The position numbers were made by a program, and so were the translations under genes. The notes under the pieces were generated by a model that was not told where the DNA came from, did no database searches, and was given only the letters and a program-made list of their open reading frames with translations. Shown here piece after piece: positions 13,393 through 24,795 of a stretch of DNA of 64,000 nucleotides (positions are counted from its first letter, which is position 1; each line of letters begins with the position of its first letter). Source of the stretch: Eledone cirrhosa (Eukaryota); NCBI GenBank assembly GCA_964016885.1, contig OZ024740.1, forward strand, positions 224,812,001 through 224,876,000, read 5' to 3'.

Positions 13393-14395
13393 GCTCAAGT
13401 ATTAAGGTAAGGGAGATATATAGAGAGATATAGAGAGATATAGAGAGAGAAAAAATTTAAAAATAGCCAGACATATTCGAGGCGTAGAAAACCCTATGTT
13501 TTAATGTATTAGTATTTATAAAACTTACACTATATTGTAAATATCAGTATTCCTGAATGAAACAAGTATTCACAATGCGTGAAAATTCATTATCTTATGT
13601 TTAGTTTTTTAAAAATTCATATGTCTATGTGACAGCTACAAACATCAATGTGAATTCAACTGATTCACTCCGCAAATTCTAAGTTACCGGAAAACATTCT
13701 CAATGTGGTATAAAAATTTGAGCGTATTATTATTCTTGCGATTACTCTACAAGATTATCTATCAAGCAGAAATAGAGAGCAGATTTCAATATACTAATCG
13801 AAAATATATATTATATTATAAGCAAAGATAACAATAATAATGATAATAAGTAAAAATATATAAAAATATAGAATAGAAAACTAAAAAAAGAATATTACGA
13901 AAGAATATTACATAATAAAAATATTGCATATTAAAAATACTACGTATTAAAAATATTACGTATTAAAACTTTACATATAAAAATATTAAAAATAAAAATT
14001 TACATATAAAAATATTAAAAATAAAAATAAAATAAAATAAAATAAAAAATAAAAAATAAAAATATTATAGAACACTACAATACTAAAAGAATAAAAATAA
14101 AAATAAAAATAAAAATAAAAATAAAAATAAAAATAAAAATAAAAATAAAAATAAAAAATAAAAAATAAAAAATAAAAAATAAAAAATAAAAAATAAAAAA
14201 TAAAAAATAAAAAATAAAAATGAAAATAAAAATAAACCACAAAGAACAACCCTTCAAAGTTAATTGACAATATATTGCCAAGTTCACTACAAGACAAAGC
14301 CAAAAATTATCTATCAAATCACATCTAGCAAGGAATATCGCAAAAAAGATTATGATGTCCAATAATGTCTACATATGTGTCTATATTTAATATAT
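12823..14395 (-). repeat. Left arm of long inverted repeat (3' pLTR/UTR of the Penelope-like element)
   Basis: Reverse complement matches 16592-18135, apart from microsatellite length changes and a few substitutions. Confidence 0.95.
12868..12933 (-). ncRNA. Minimal type I hammerhead ribozyme, sense to the PLE ORF
   Basis: Exact reverse complement of the motif at 18018-18083: stem I-CUGAUGA-stem II-GAAA-U(AUAU)A-UA-stem I. Confidence 0.8.
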
Positions 14396-14592
14396 AAGTT
14401 TATCAAGTGTAAGGTTAATTCAGAAAATTTGGAGCATCGGCTTTTAGGGTAGCTTAATTTTTCATGAGGAATGTTTAGATAAAAATAAAAATAAATAAAA
14501 TAAAATAAACAATAAAAAGAGTAAAAAGAGGGAATCAAAGATTTAGGAATCAAAAGATTTATCGGCTAGTTCTCATATAAATATAAATCAAA

Positions 14593-15255
14593 CTAAATTT
14601 TAAATTTAAATTTATATTTAAACGTTGAGTTTAATCTATGTTTGCAACAACTGAATAAATTTGTCCGTAGGTTAAGGGAATTTTTAGATTTTAGTATAAA
14701 GAATATCTCCTCTGCGCAGAGGTCACATGTCTCAGAGGATGAATTAAAAGGAATCCCTCTTGAGACTATATTCCAAGCCGTCGAATATCTAACGTTATCT
14801 AGCTTAAGTTGCCAGAGTACCCCTGATAGTGCCGTTGAAGATTTTTTATTTGGATCTGTGAAAGAATTCTTGTGGTTATTATAGCGAAGTTTAAATTCCG
14901 TCGATGTGGAACCGACGTAGTTAAAAGAATTAGAGTCAGTATTAACATTACAATTGTATACTATATTTTTAACTAAGCAGTTGTTATTTAACGGACATTT
15001 AGATCTATCTCTACAGTTACATTTGTTAACTTGTATATTATTTATGCTATTATCAGTAGGTTTTAAGTTCCTATTATTTATTCTATTAATATTTTGTGCT
15101 AAATTTTTGGTGGATGAGTAGGTTAATTTAATTGTATGCCTATTGAAGATTGAGTGGTACCTATGTGTTCTAGGGAAGCGATTATCAAGAGCTTTGAAAA
15201 ATAATTTAGCGATGTGGGTTTTAATGTTTAGTGAGAAAGGGGGGGGGGGGGGCAA
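14593..15255 (-). CDS. PLE C-terminal part: Cys-rich linker + GIY-YIG endonuclease (frameshifted from the RT at the G14 run)
   Basis: PPFSLNIKTHIAKLF...IFNRHTIKLTYS, CNCRDRSKCPLNNNCL, NIVY...YVGST...FKLRYNNH, CDLCAEE, LN. Confidence 0.88.
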   Translation of the reverse strand: MPPPPPFSLNIKTHIAKLFFKALDNRFPRTHRYHSIFNRHTIKLTYSSTKNLAQNINRINNRNLKPTDNSINNIQVNKCNCRDRSKCPLNNNCLVKNIVYNCNVNTDSNSFNYVGSTSTEFKLRYNNHKNSFTDPNKKSSTALSGVLWQLKLDNVRYSTAWNIVSRGIPFNSSSETCDLCAEEIFFILKSKNSLNLRTNLFSCCKHRLNSTFKYKFKFKI

Positions 15256-16612
15256 ACCAAATTATGTTCCTAGTTCTATTTCTTTTTTGTCCTTTGGAAT
15301 TATTGTAATGCTTTCTATTATAGTTGTTAATGTTGTTGCCGTAATTAAAAAAGTTGTTACTTTGTTTAGTTTGTTTATCATTATCTATGTACACAATCTT
15401 ATCAGCATACCCTGCCCTAGCTAGTGCATCGTTATAGTATTGGGCCTTTTCGTCAAAAATCTTTCTATTCGACGAGATCCTAGAGATACGTTTTTGGACT
15501 GAGTTTACTATAGTGTTTTTGACAGATCTGGGGTGGTTAGAGTTAAAATTGACATAGTTTAAGTTCTCATTCAACTTGTGAAAAGGATAGTGGAGACATG
15601 TGTTGAGATTTAATGTTATATCTAGGAAATTGACTATTCTATGGTTGTTCTCAATTTCTATTTTAAGGTTAAAGTAATTAAAAAATTTTGTAATTTGTTT
15701 ACATTTTCTATTTAGTTCAGGGTTATTATTATTAATAAGTAAAAGCATGTCATCCCTATATAAACCTCCGGTAGTACCAGGTATTTTCCTATGTAGTGAA
15801 TTGATTAAAAATAAGCCCACAAGGTCAGTTACCTGAGCTGAGTCGGAAGATCCCATAGTTATGTCAAAATTGCTATCTCTATCTGCTCTGGTCCATAATT
15901 TGTCATCAAATTCTATCAAAGTTTTCCTAGCCGATAATATAATATGCATTTCTTTGCTAGTTAGGTCCGTATGCTTGAATGCGTAATTTAGTGCCTTATT
16001 TAATAGACTAGGGGTAATAGAAGAATAATAGTTAGCTATATCAAGTTGAATAAACCTATTATTATTGTCATATTTAATTTGCCTAAACCACTCAACAACC
16101 TCTCCAGTTCCCTTCCACAAGCTCAGGTTAGATACACAATCCAAGTTCTTAATTTGCAGTATCACCCTGTCAAGAATGTTTTTGCTTAATTTGCCCAGGT
16201 CCGATTTTGAAGGTGCGATCAATCTAACTGGCAGGTCAATCTCAAAATTCCTCTTGTGGTCCTTCATATTGATCTTCGGTTTCCTGGGCACGAAAGGTTG
16301 TGTTCTGTTCTCAATTTCCAACTCATGCATTATACAAGATGCTTCAACATTCATTTTCTCAAGTTCGGCCTTATCTGCTACCTTGTATTTTTTCCTCAGC
16401 TCTTTCAGTATGAGGCCATTATACATGTCTTTCCGCACTCCATAGAGGTTGTTGGTCTTGTCAGATTTCACCAAGATCTTCTCAGTTTTCTCTAAGCTCT
16501 CAATGTTATCCTTAATGCCTTTCAGATATTCCTGGCCTTTAAAGTTTCTCTTGAATTTGACCCCTTGTATGATAGAAAATATATCGTTTTCATATATTAA
16601 ATATAGACACAT
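15221..16612 (-). CDS. PLE reverse transcriptase, N-terminally truncated (first 7 codons come from the inverted repeat)
   Basis: KSDKTNNLY, MKDHK, PVRLI, QLDIANYYSSI, ITMGSSDS, LYRDD, VNFLDI, SNHP. Confidence 0.92.
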   Translation of the reverse strand: MCLYLIYENDIFSIIQGVKFKRNFKGQEYLKGIKDNIESLEKTEKILVKSDKTNNLYGVRKDMYNGLILKELRKKYKVADKAELEKMNVEASCIMHELEIENRTQPFVPRKPKINMKDHKRNFEIDLPVRLIAPSKSDLGKLSKNILDRVILQIKNLDCVSNLSLWKGTGEVVEWFRQIKYDNNNRFIQLDIANYYSSITPSLLNKALNYAFKHTDLTSKEMHIILSARKTLIEFDDKLWTRADRDSNFDITMGSSDSAQVTDLVGLFLINSLHRKIPGTTGGLYRDDMLLLINNNNPELNRKCKQITKFFNYFNLKIEIENNHRIVNFLDITLNLNTCLHYPFHKLNENLNYVNFNSNHPRSVKNTIVNSVQKRISRISSNRKIFDEKAQYYNDALARAGYADKIVYIDNDKQTKQSNNFFNYGNNINNYNRKHYNNSKGQKRNRTRNIIWFAPPPPFLTKH

Positions 16613-17556
16613 ATGTAGACATTATTGGACATCATAATCTTTTTTGCGATATTCCTTGCTAGATGTGATTTGATAGATAATTTTTGGCTTTGTCTTGTAG
16701 TGAACTTGGCAATATATTGTCAATTAACTTTGAAGGGTTGTTCTTTGTGGTTTATTTTTATTTTCATTTTTATTTTTTATTTTTTATTTTTTATTTTTTA
16801 TTTTTTATTTTTATTTTTATTTTTATTTTTATTTTTATTTTTATTTTTATTTTTATTTTTATTTTTATTCTTTTAGTATTGTAGTATTCTATAATATTTT
16901 TATTTTTTATTTTTTATTTTATTTTATTTTATTTTTATTTTTAATATTTTTATATGTAAATTTTTATTTTTAATATTTTTATATGTAAAGTTTTAATACG
17001 TAATATTTTTAATACGTAGTATTTTTAATATGCAATATTTTTATTATGTAATATTCTTTCGTAATATTCTTTTTTTAGTTTTCTATTCTATATTTTTATA
17101 TATTTTTACTTATTATCATTATTATTGTTATCTTTGCTTATAATATAATATATACTTTCGATTAGTATATTGAAATCTGCTCTCTATTTCTGCTTGATAG
17201 ATAATCTTGTAGAGTAATCGCAAGAATAATAATACGCTCAAATTTTTATACCACATTGAGAATGTTTTCCGGTAACTTAGAATTTGCGGAGTGAATCAGT
17301 TGGATTCACATTGATGTTTGTAGCTGTCACATAGACATATGAATTTTTTAAAAACTAAACATAAGATAATGAATTTTCACGCATTGTGAATACTTGTTTC
17401 ATTCAGGAATACTGATATTTACAATATAGTGTAAGTTTTATAAATACTAATACATTAAAACATAGGGTTTTCTACGCCTCGAATATGTCTGGCTATTTTT
17501 AAATTTTTTCTCTCTCTATATCTCTCTATATATCTCCCTTACCTTAATACTTGAGC

Positions 17557-17587
<31 letters not shown>

Positions 17588-18135
17588 ATGCATCATTGAT
17601 ACACTTACTCAAAATTTTTCTATATTTATATATGTATCTATCTCTATTTCCTCTCTCTCTCTATATATATATCTCTTTCTGTCTCTTTACATGAAGCTCT
17701 TCCTAATTTTTCTATATTTATATATGTATCTTCCTCTCTCTCTCTATATATATATATATATCTTTCTGTCTCTTTACATGAAGCTCTTCGTTTTATCTAT
17801 TTTTCCATCTCTCTATTTTGTCCCATGCATTTCTTCTTTTTCTTTTTCTTCTTTTTCTTCCTTTTCTTCGTTTTGTCTTTCTTTCTTTCTTATTTCCCTC
17901 TTTTCTCTCTCTCTTCCTTTCTCTCTGTATTTTCACTGCTAGAGTAAACCTCTTCAAATGAAGTTGATGTCTATTACGGTATGTCGAATATATTTATCTA
18001 TAAAACTGTTTATATTGTATTTTGTCTGATGAAGGCATAGCATATTGTTAATATGATATCCCCGAAATATATATAATGAAATAAATATGGTTTTATAAAT
18101 ATAGTTTTCCATTTATTTAATATTTAATATTGTAA
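16592..18135 (+). repeat. Right arm of long inverted repeat (inverted pLTR copy at the 5' truncation point)
   Basis: Starts atatattaaatatagacacatatg exactly where RT homology ends; reverse complement of 12823-14395. Confidence 0.95.
18018..18083 (+). ncRNA. Minimal type I hammerhead ribozyme, predicted cleavage after A18075
   Basis: tattttgt-CTGATGA(18026)-aggcatag catatt gtt aatatg atatcccc-GAAA(18064)-t atat a-TA-atgaaata; 8-bp stem I with two G-U pairs; palindromic stem III loop typical of PLE hammerheads. Confidence 0.8.
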
Positions 18136-18167
18136 GATTTTACATATATATAAGTTTAGGTAAAATA
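18134..18167 (+). repeat. Right 34-bp target-site duplication of the Penelope-like element
   Basis: Identical to 12684-12717. Confidence 0.9.
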
Positions 18168-18784
18168 AACATGAGAGATGATGGAATGATGAATGTGAAA
18201 GATCTGTAAAGTTAGATATCTGAAGGAAATACAGAATAAGACAGATTAGTAAACAAAGGAAAAAAGTGTTAATTGGGTAAAAAATAAAATAGTATGCAAA
18301 ATAATTAAGTGAGCAAGAGAAAGTGAGATTTGAAGACATAATTTTGAAAACAACTAAATACCACTAATAAAAAATATACATAATTTTATAGGCATAAAGA
18401 AAAACGGTGTTTCTTTGTAGATTTAACTGATTCTATTCCACAACTCATTTGTTTTGTATTATTAGACTAGTTTTACTCCTAAATCATGACTTCATTTGCT
18501 CGAAGTGTGTTATGCAATTTAAAGAAAATAGACTTCTATATTTTGCACAACGAAAAATTATAAACATCTTCGTAGAGATATCAAAAAAAAGGTTGGTGTT
18601 AGAAGTCAAATATATTATCCACTTGGCCATTCTATTTTCAAAGCACTTTTGATATTTTGGATTGTACATGTGTGGCCTATACCACTCTTTAAAACAGTGA
18701 TTGTCAAACATTATTTTAGGGTTATATAATGAGAGAGATCAATTTCAACCTAGTTGGCTGCCACCAGCTTCAATCCAATTAGAG

Positions 18785-18924
18785 CAGTGGTTTCCAGATT
18801 TATTTTGTCATGGAACCCTTATACAATGTTCAAAATAATCCCAAAGCCCATAACTATATAGTACAGTTTTATTCTTCTTCTTCTTCAATTTTAGGATTCA
18901 TGGGAGCTACCTTGTGGAACACTG
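18785..18924. mobile_element. Possible hAT/Charlie-like MITE remnant
   Basis: Termini tagagCAGTGgtttcca ... tggaaCACTGctcta. Confidence 0.4.
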
Positions 18925-21338
18925 CTCTAAAGTATCTTGGGGGAGGGGTGAATGATAATATAATTTGGAGAAAACCTAATAAGACTAAAAGACACCAAAA
19001 TGATTACTATTTAAGTAATTTTTATACCTACTTATGTTCTAAACAATGTGATTTCTCAGCACATTTTCCATTAATCCATATGCTGTCATGAAATCATCAT
19101 GTAGATCAGTAATGAATATCTGAGGTGATGAAGATGTGTGGGTTAATTTTATGTAGTGAGGAGGATTATTGAATGAAACAGATATTAACAAGATTCTTCA
19201 GCACAGATTCTTCTATTTCAAACAGTAGATGAAGTATCATTAAGCTAACTACATTCATTGTAACATTAAATCTTTGAACCCTGACACTCTGCCATCTGAA
19301 TGGTTCCTAATACTGGGTATCTGCATGAAAACTTGATATTCATTAATTTCACCTGAACAAGATAATAAATCTAGAAGAACCTTGATAAAATTCATGGTAA
19401 TGTCTTATTGAAGAACCTAGGCTAATGCAACAATGAAAAATAATAGCTGATCCATGTAGAAAGTGATGTAAGTAACAGTCATAAACAGATGTGTATGACA
19501 ACAAAATACAGGAAGTGCAGAATATCAGTCCTATTTCGTAGATAGAAATCCTTCGGTTATTTGGACTTTCTGTCACTAGCTATCAAATCCTCATCTGTTA
19601 TACAGTGACTTTATTGCCTACGGCTATCAATGCATTTTGATATTACCCATTAGTAGCCTAATAGACTCAGCTATAGAGATTTGTATTGTTTGCATTTAAG
19701 AAACTACAGTTATCAGTTTATTAACCACATTGACATATATATTTAAATAACTTTCTAATTAATCAAAATGTTGTGGCAGCCCACTCCTGTCCTCCTATTT
19801 ATAATAAATACAATTACTTATTGCTAGGAACCTCACATACATAATGCACAAAAATATATGATCAAAAGGAGAGAAAATAAAAAGGAAAAAAACAGAAACA
19901 TCAATTCACCTTTAAGTGTGACAATCGGCTGCACATCACAAAAGTCAATGGAAAATTTTAAGGCAAACCAACACACTTGCTGCATTATCGTGGTTTATGG
20001 CAAGGCTAAGTTACTGAAACAACCATGCACACTCATGGGCATCACCTGACACCTTGGTAGGGCAAGACACCAAAGATGACAAGGACTTCATTGTCAGCAG
20101 TCCAGCTCCAACTAATATCTTGAATGCCACAGGCTGGAAAAGATACTTCTTTTGTAGCCAGAATTAGTCGTTTAGTAAATGATTGTTCTCATTTCTAAAA
20201 GTGTACATTTTAATTAATTAAAATCTCTTGCCATATTACATCAAATATGCTAGAGCCCACTTTATTAAGTTTTCATGCAGATAGCATTCTAGGGTATTTT
20301 TCTCCAATCATTCTTACAATTTAGCTGTCAGGTCTAATAAATAAATAATACTGTGAATGTGTTAATATCCCCACTCACAATAGTATTCTATAGTTGATTA
20401 ATTTAAATTTAATTTGTTTACACACTATAACAAGATGGTTCATTGGCAAAACCATTTGAGCACACAAAAAATGCATTGTGGTATGTGTTCCAGCTCTCTG
20501 AGTTCAAATCCTGCTGAGGTCATCTTTGCCTTTCACACTTTCTTTAAAATATATACTAGCTCAGATTTGTGAATTTGTGAAATTATTAAAGTATCAGACA
20601 AGATGCATTGTGTTATATGTTTCAGCTATGTTTGTTCTGAATGCAGATCTTACTGTAACCTACTAAGATGGCAGACATAAGTTGCCCCTTAGTCTAACAC
20701 CATTGCCAAACTTTTGGGAGCCTTTAACGGAGTCCACTCTGTTGTAAGCATTTACACTTGGTCTCCAGTTTAAACTTATTTTCCTCCCATCTTCCCATCA
20801 ATTTAAGAAACCCTCAAAAGCACCATGGACAATGTGCAGATCTTCCTCACAAAATTTGTAAAATGATTTAACAATAGATATATTAGTACCCATATGCTTA
20901 ATATATTTCTCTCTAGTTTGTACTTAACTATATATGTAAACACATCTTACATTTGGTAAAACTATTGTACAAAATTATTTCTTATCAGTAAAACGATATT
21001 ATCAAAAGCAATAGCATTTTGTTATTAAAAACATTGTGTCCTCTACTTTACCTAAGCTTTCCTTTATTCCATTAAAAAGAAAAACAAAAGAAAAAAATAT
21101 AGAAAGAATTTTGAATGAGAGCATTTCTAGAATTTCTGTGTATGTGCATCATGTGGTAACTTGTTACTTGTAAAGATTTCCGTTTACTCATATAGTTAAT
21201 AAAGGTAATGCCTGAGGAAATATCTATTTGTGAGTTAAAATGAGATAAATTCCTCCCACATTTTTCAATATCCGTAATTGATGAAGCAATAAAAAAAAAC
21301 CTGGACTTGCAAGCCTGCAGCTACTTGATATGCTTATG

Positions 21339-21339
<1 letters not shown>

Positions 21340-21410
<71 letters not shown>

Positions 21411-21450
21411 CTGTGTGTGCGCGTGTGTGTGCATGTTTGTGTGTGTATGT
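21340..21450. repeat. (TA)n(TG)n microsatellite
   Basis: Direct inspection. Confidence 0.95.
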
Positions 21451-22358
21451 GAATAATAATAGTAATAATAATAGTTTTTTAAAGATTTTTCTGGAATAAA
21501 TCAAAAACCTTGAAAAAATATTTAATGCACAACACGTGAAAATTCTCTATCAAAGGTATTTGAATTCGCTTTTCTTTCTTTTTTTGCTTAAATCCGTTTA
21601 TTCGTAATGATGATAGAATTCAATTAGTTAAAAACTATTCTGTTCTTCTTTTGAAGCACTTATTACTCCATCCTATTCCTTTGTCCTTTAACTACAATAC
21701 CTCTTCAAATATCTTTCACATGAATATTCAAATGTTCCACTAAGATAACGAACTAAATACACATTATTAAATGTAAGAATGTTAGCTTTCAATTCATAAG
21801 TTTATATTTCTAATACCATTGTCTGTTCCTGCTAACTAGACAAATTTGCTGAAGCATTAGAGCATTAGATAACATACCAATTAATATTAATTCTAGCGAA
21901 TTGACCTCTGAGTTAAAATCCGAATGAATTCTACTATGCCTTTTATTGTTCCAGTGTTGATACCTATAGTGTCAATTTAGGACTGTGCAGTGGTAGAATC
22001 ATTCACGTATCAGACAGGATGCCTTCTATTTGTTCCAATTCTTTCAAATCAAATCTTGCTATTGCTTACTTAAGGAGCAGGCAATAGACTTAATCCATTG
22101 CTTAATTTTTCACCACCACCCAACCGTTATGTGTGTACAGGGGTGTCCATTCAATTGCAAGTGGTCAAATCAAGTCCATATTTTAAAACACCCTTAACCC
22201 TTCTCCCACTTCCAAGAATCAAAGAGATCCTGAAAAGGGACATGGATATTTCCCTCTTATCTGGCTAACCAATAAACATAAATGTAATACAATATCTCAT
22301 GACACAAGACCAAAAATCTGTGAGATGATATTTTATAATATTATATTAGCCCAGAAAA

Positions 22359-22552
22359 AGGCGATGGATTGGCAGTATCGGGAGAGGGTCGGACATCATG
22401 CTTTGATGCATAGAGTTACGGCCCTTGCCATTCTGAGTTCAAATCCTGCCGCGGTTAACTTTGTCTTTTATCCTTACGGGGTCGATAAAATAAAGTAGCG
22501 GTAATTCACTGGATAATTGCTGGCCTTGTGCCAAAAGTAGAAACAATTATAT
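22359..22552 (+). mobile_element. tRNA-derived SINE (gagttcaaatcc ... ctttcatccttacggggtcgataaaataaagtacc ... gtagaaacaattat family)
   Basis: Many copies in the window: 28465, 30480-30770, 34075, 52262-52760, 58797, 59350. Confidence 0.85.
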
Positions 22553-23339
22553 TAGCACCGAAAAGTTTTAAAGCAGCAAGATTTGAAGACGAGGAAAACT
22601 TATATAAGTAAATGTTGCTTTACTGATTTGGCTACACACCACCCTTGATAAATCATTTGAATCAAAACATGTTTTCATCCATTGATTCACAGGGGAAGTT
22701 CATTGTTCATTTTTAATGGGCTACATTTAAAATAAGATATTTGTAAATCACAGACATTTCTTAGTAACTTGCACACAAATTTAGCTACCAAATAAACATT
22801 TTTCATATGTCTGGTGAATCTATTTGAGGCAAATATTAGATGCTTTATGTTTCTCTGATTTTTTGTGATGAGGGGATAAATAAAGTACACATTATTAAAC
22901 TACCATATATATTCATGAATAAATAACAACAGTAGATCTGTTGCAACTCTATTTTACACGCAACATTCTTGGTACTGTGTTTAAGTCCAGTAGATAAGTT
23001 TCATGCTGGTTTTTCATAGAAAAATGTATGATTTATACATGAATACATATAGTAATTTTCGGTGAGAGTCATTATTGCTTTATGTTTTTATATGATTTAG
23101 TTTGCTAGAATTACATCTACACAGAAATGGTTGTCTTCTTTTTTAAAGCCACCACAAACAATTTGTTTTTATATGATACAATTTTGATTAGTAAATATTG
23201 AAAATGGTGAAAAATATATATTTCTTTTTACCCAGCTAATAGCATTTATGAGAGTAAGTTGCACAGAGGAAAGTTGGGTTCAAAAGTCAACCATGCATAA
23301 CCCATAATAGGACTCATGTCTCCTATCATTCAAATGTCA

Positions 23340-23643
23340 CTTGCACCTACACTTTCTCCAGCTGCAACCTGGTGCAGTCTGCAACTAACCCAGGGTCTGC
23401 TGCATGTTGGGCTGAGGAAGCCAAACTCTTCAAATACCGGTCGCTCTCCAACAGGTTTGCGGTTGTACACTTCGCAGTGGAGAATTCTGGTGTCCTCAGC
23501 CCTAGGGCTACCTCCTTACTCACCACCATAGGTGCTGAGCTGGCCAGCCGCAGGTGTGAACCCCACGAGTTGGAATGGCTTTTCCAGCGCATCTCCCTTG
23601 CCGTCCTCCAGGGAAACGCCTTCTCTATCCTGTTCTGCCACTA
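23340..23643 (+). mobile_element. 3' fragment of an RLE-type (CRE-like) non-LTR retrotransposon
   Basis: GSAACWAEEAKLFKY...FAVENSG...WLFQRISLAVLQGNAFSIL matches the C-terminal restriction-like endonuclease region. Confidence 0.75.
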
Positions 23644-24007
23644 ATATGATTGTCTGACATGTCATTTTATCAGTCAGATGTTATTAAAATACCTAAGAAA
23701 CCGCTTATGATATGCAACCTCGTAGGAAACTAGTCTACACAGATTAGCTCACTCATTGGTTACCCACTCATTGGAAGTTTTGGTGCATTGATTGGAATTA
23801 CCAGAATGTCTAAAGTCATTGGCTCAAAGTATTCAAATTTTGCTAAGGAGGTTAGATTGTTTCTGAAGAAATGCGTAGGATAATTATTCCTTTGTTTTAT
23901 ATATATAAAAGCTGGACACAACTAGGATCAGATTTTAACCTTGGGGGCGTGGGCAGTTCAGGTTTGGTGGGTCCTTCATATAGCCCCCCCCCCCATCACA
24001 GAGATAT

Positions 24008-24367
24008 ATCATCATCATCCTCATACGTCCACTGTTCCAGGCTTACAAGTGTGGGATGGGACCTCTTCAACACAACCTCTCTCCATTTGTCCTAGTCCTT
24101 CATCATCTCCTCTGTGAGCTTCAGTGATGTGAGGTCTGCTCTCACTACCTCCACCCATATTTTTCGTGGTTTTCCTCTACTGTGTCTTCCTTCCACTGGG
24201 ATTACTTGGCACTTCTTCACTCACCTGTCATCTTCCAGGACCATCGCATGTCCATACCAACATACCAATGCAGTCTTCTCTCTTGCACACTACAGTTTAT
24301 TCCTCTTATACACAGTTTCACTCTCAACTCATCCATGCTTGGTCGTTCATACATTGACATTGCACAT
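24008..24367 (-). mobile_element. RTE LINE 3' fragment
   Basis: Minus strand has the WYGHAM...KKCQVIPVEGR motif and ends ggacgtatgaggatgatgatgatg; similar to 42600-42850. Confidence 0.8.
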
Positions 24368-24455
24368 CATAAATATATACACATGCATAAGCAGGGATAG
24401 AGAGAGAGGAAAAGATTTTAATTTTTTCAAATACCTCAGCGGCATGAATTACATT

Positions 24456-24795
24456 TATAGCGAAGATACTGGGTTGTATGAATGTAACACGGAGACATTG
24501 TTTGTGTGTATAATATTTAATTAACAATCATGGATATATATAGAACAGTATAGTTGACATGTCAAAGAAATAGATGATAGAATGAAGCAAAGTTAGTAGT
24601 TACCGTTTTGATTGCCAGGCAAACGCGAGACGCCTGGCGAAGGCTAGGCGCCGGAAGGGCAAATGAGAGGGAGAGAGCCGAAGGCTATTCGTTTTATAGG
24701 GCTCTGCCGGAAGTTACAGAAAGGGTTCTACTTCCCGTCTACATGTTGTTAATCTATTGGGGTTGTGAGTCACAACAAGGGAGACAACCGCTACA
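24456..24795 (-). repeat. 3' LTR (340 bp)
   Basis: Direct repeat of 26115-26453. Confidence 0.93.

Larger units (their letters stand above)
12718..18133 (-). mobile_element. Penelope-like retroelement (RT + C-terminal GIY-YIG, Naiad-like), 5'-truncated with an inverted copy of its 3' pLTR
   Basis: RT and GIY-YIG ORFs, 1.55-kb inverted repeats, hammerhead motifs, 34-bp TSD; clade assignment is from motif recall. Confidence 0.92.

Noticed and set aside
13009-14362. Hydrophobic F/I/Y-rich ORFs and antisense splice-like signals (gtaagt 13341, gtaagg 13407) in the PLE repeat
   Set aside because: The ORFs derive from (TTTTTA)n and TC repeats, and no coherent spliced reading frame could be built
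14593-15255. Selenocysteine recoding as in some Naiad PLEs
   Set aside because: No in-frame TGA; the conserved positions are ordinary Cys codons
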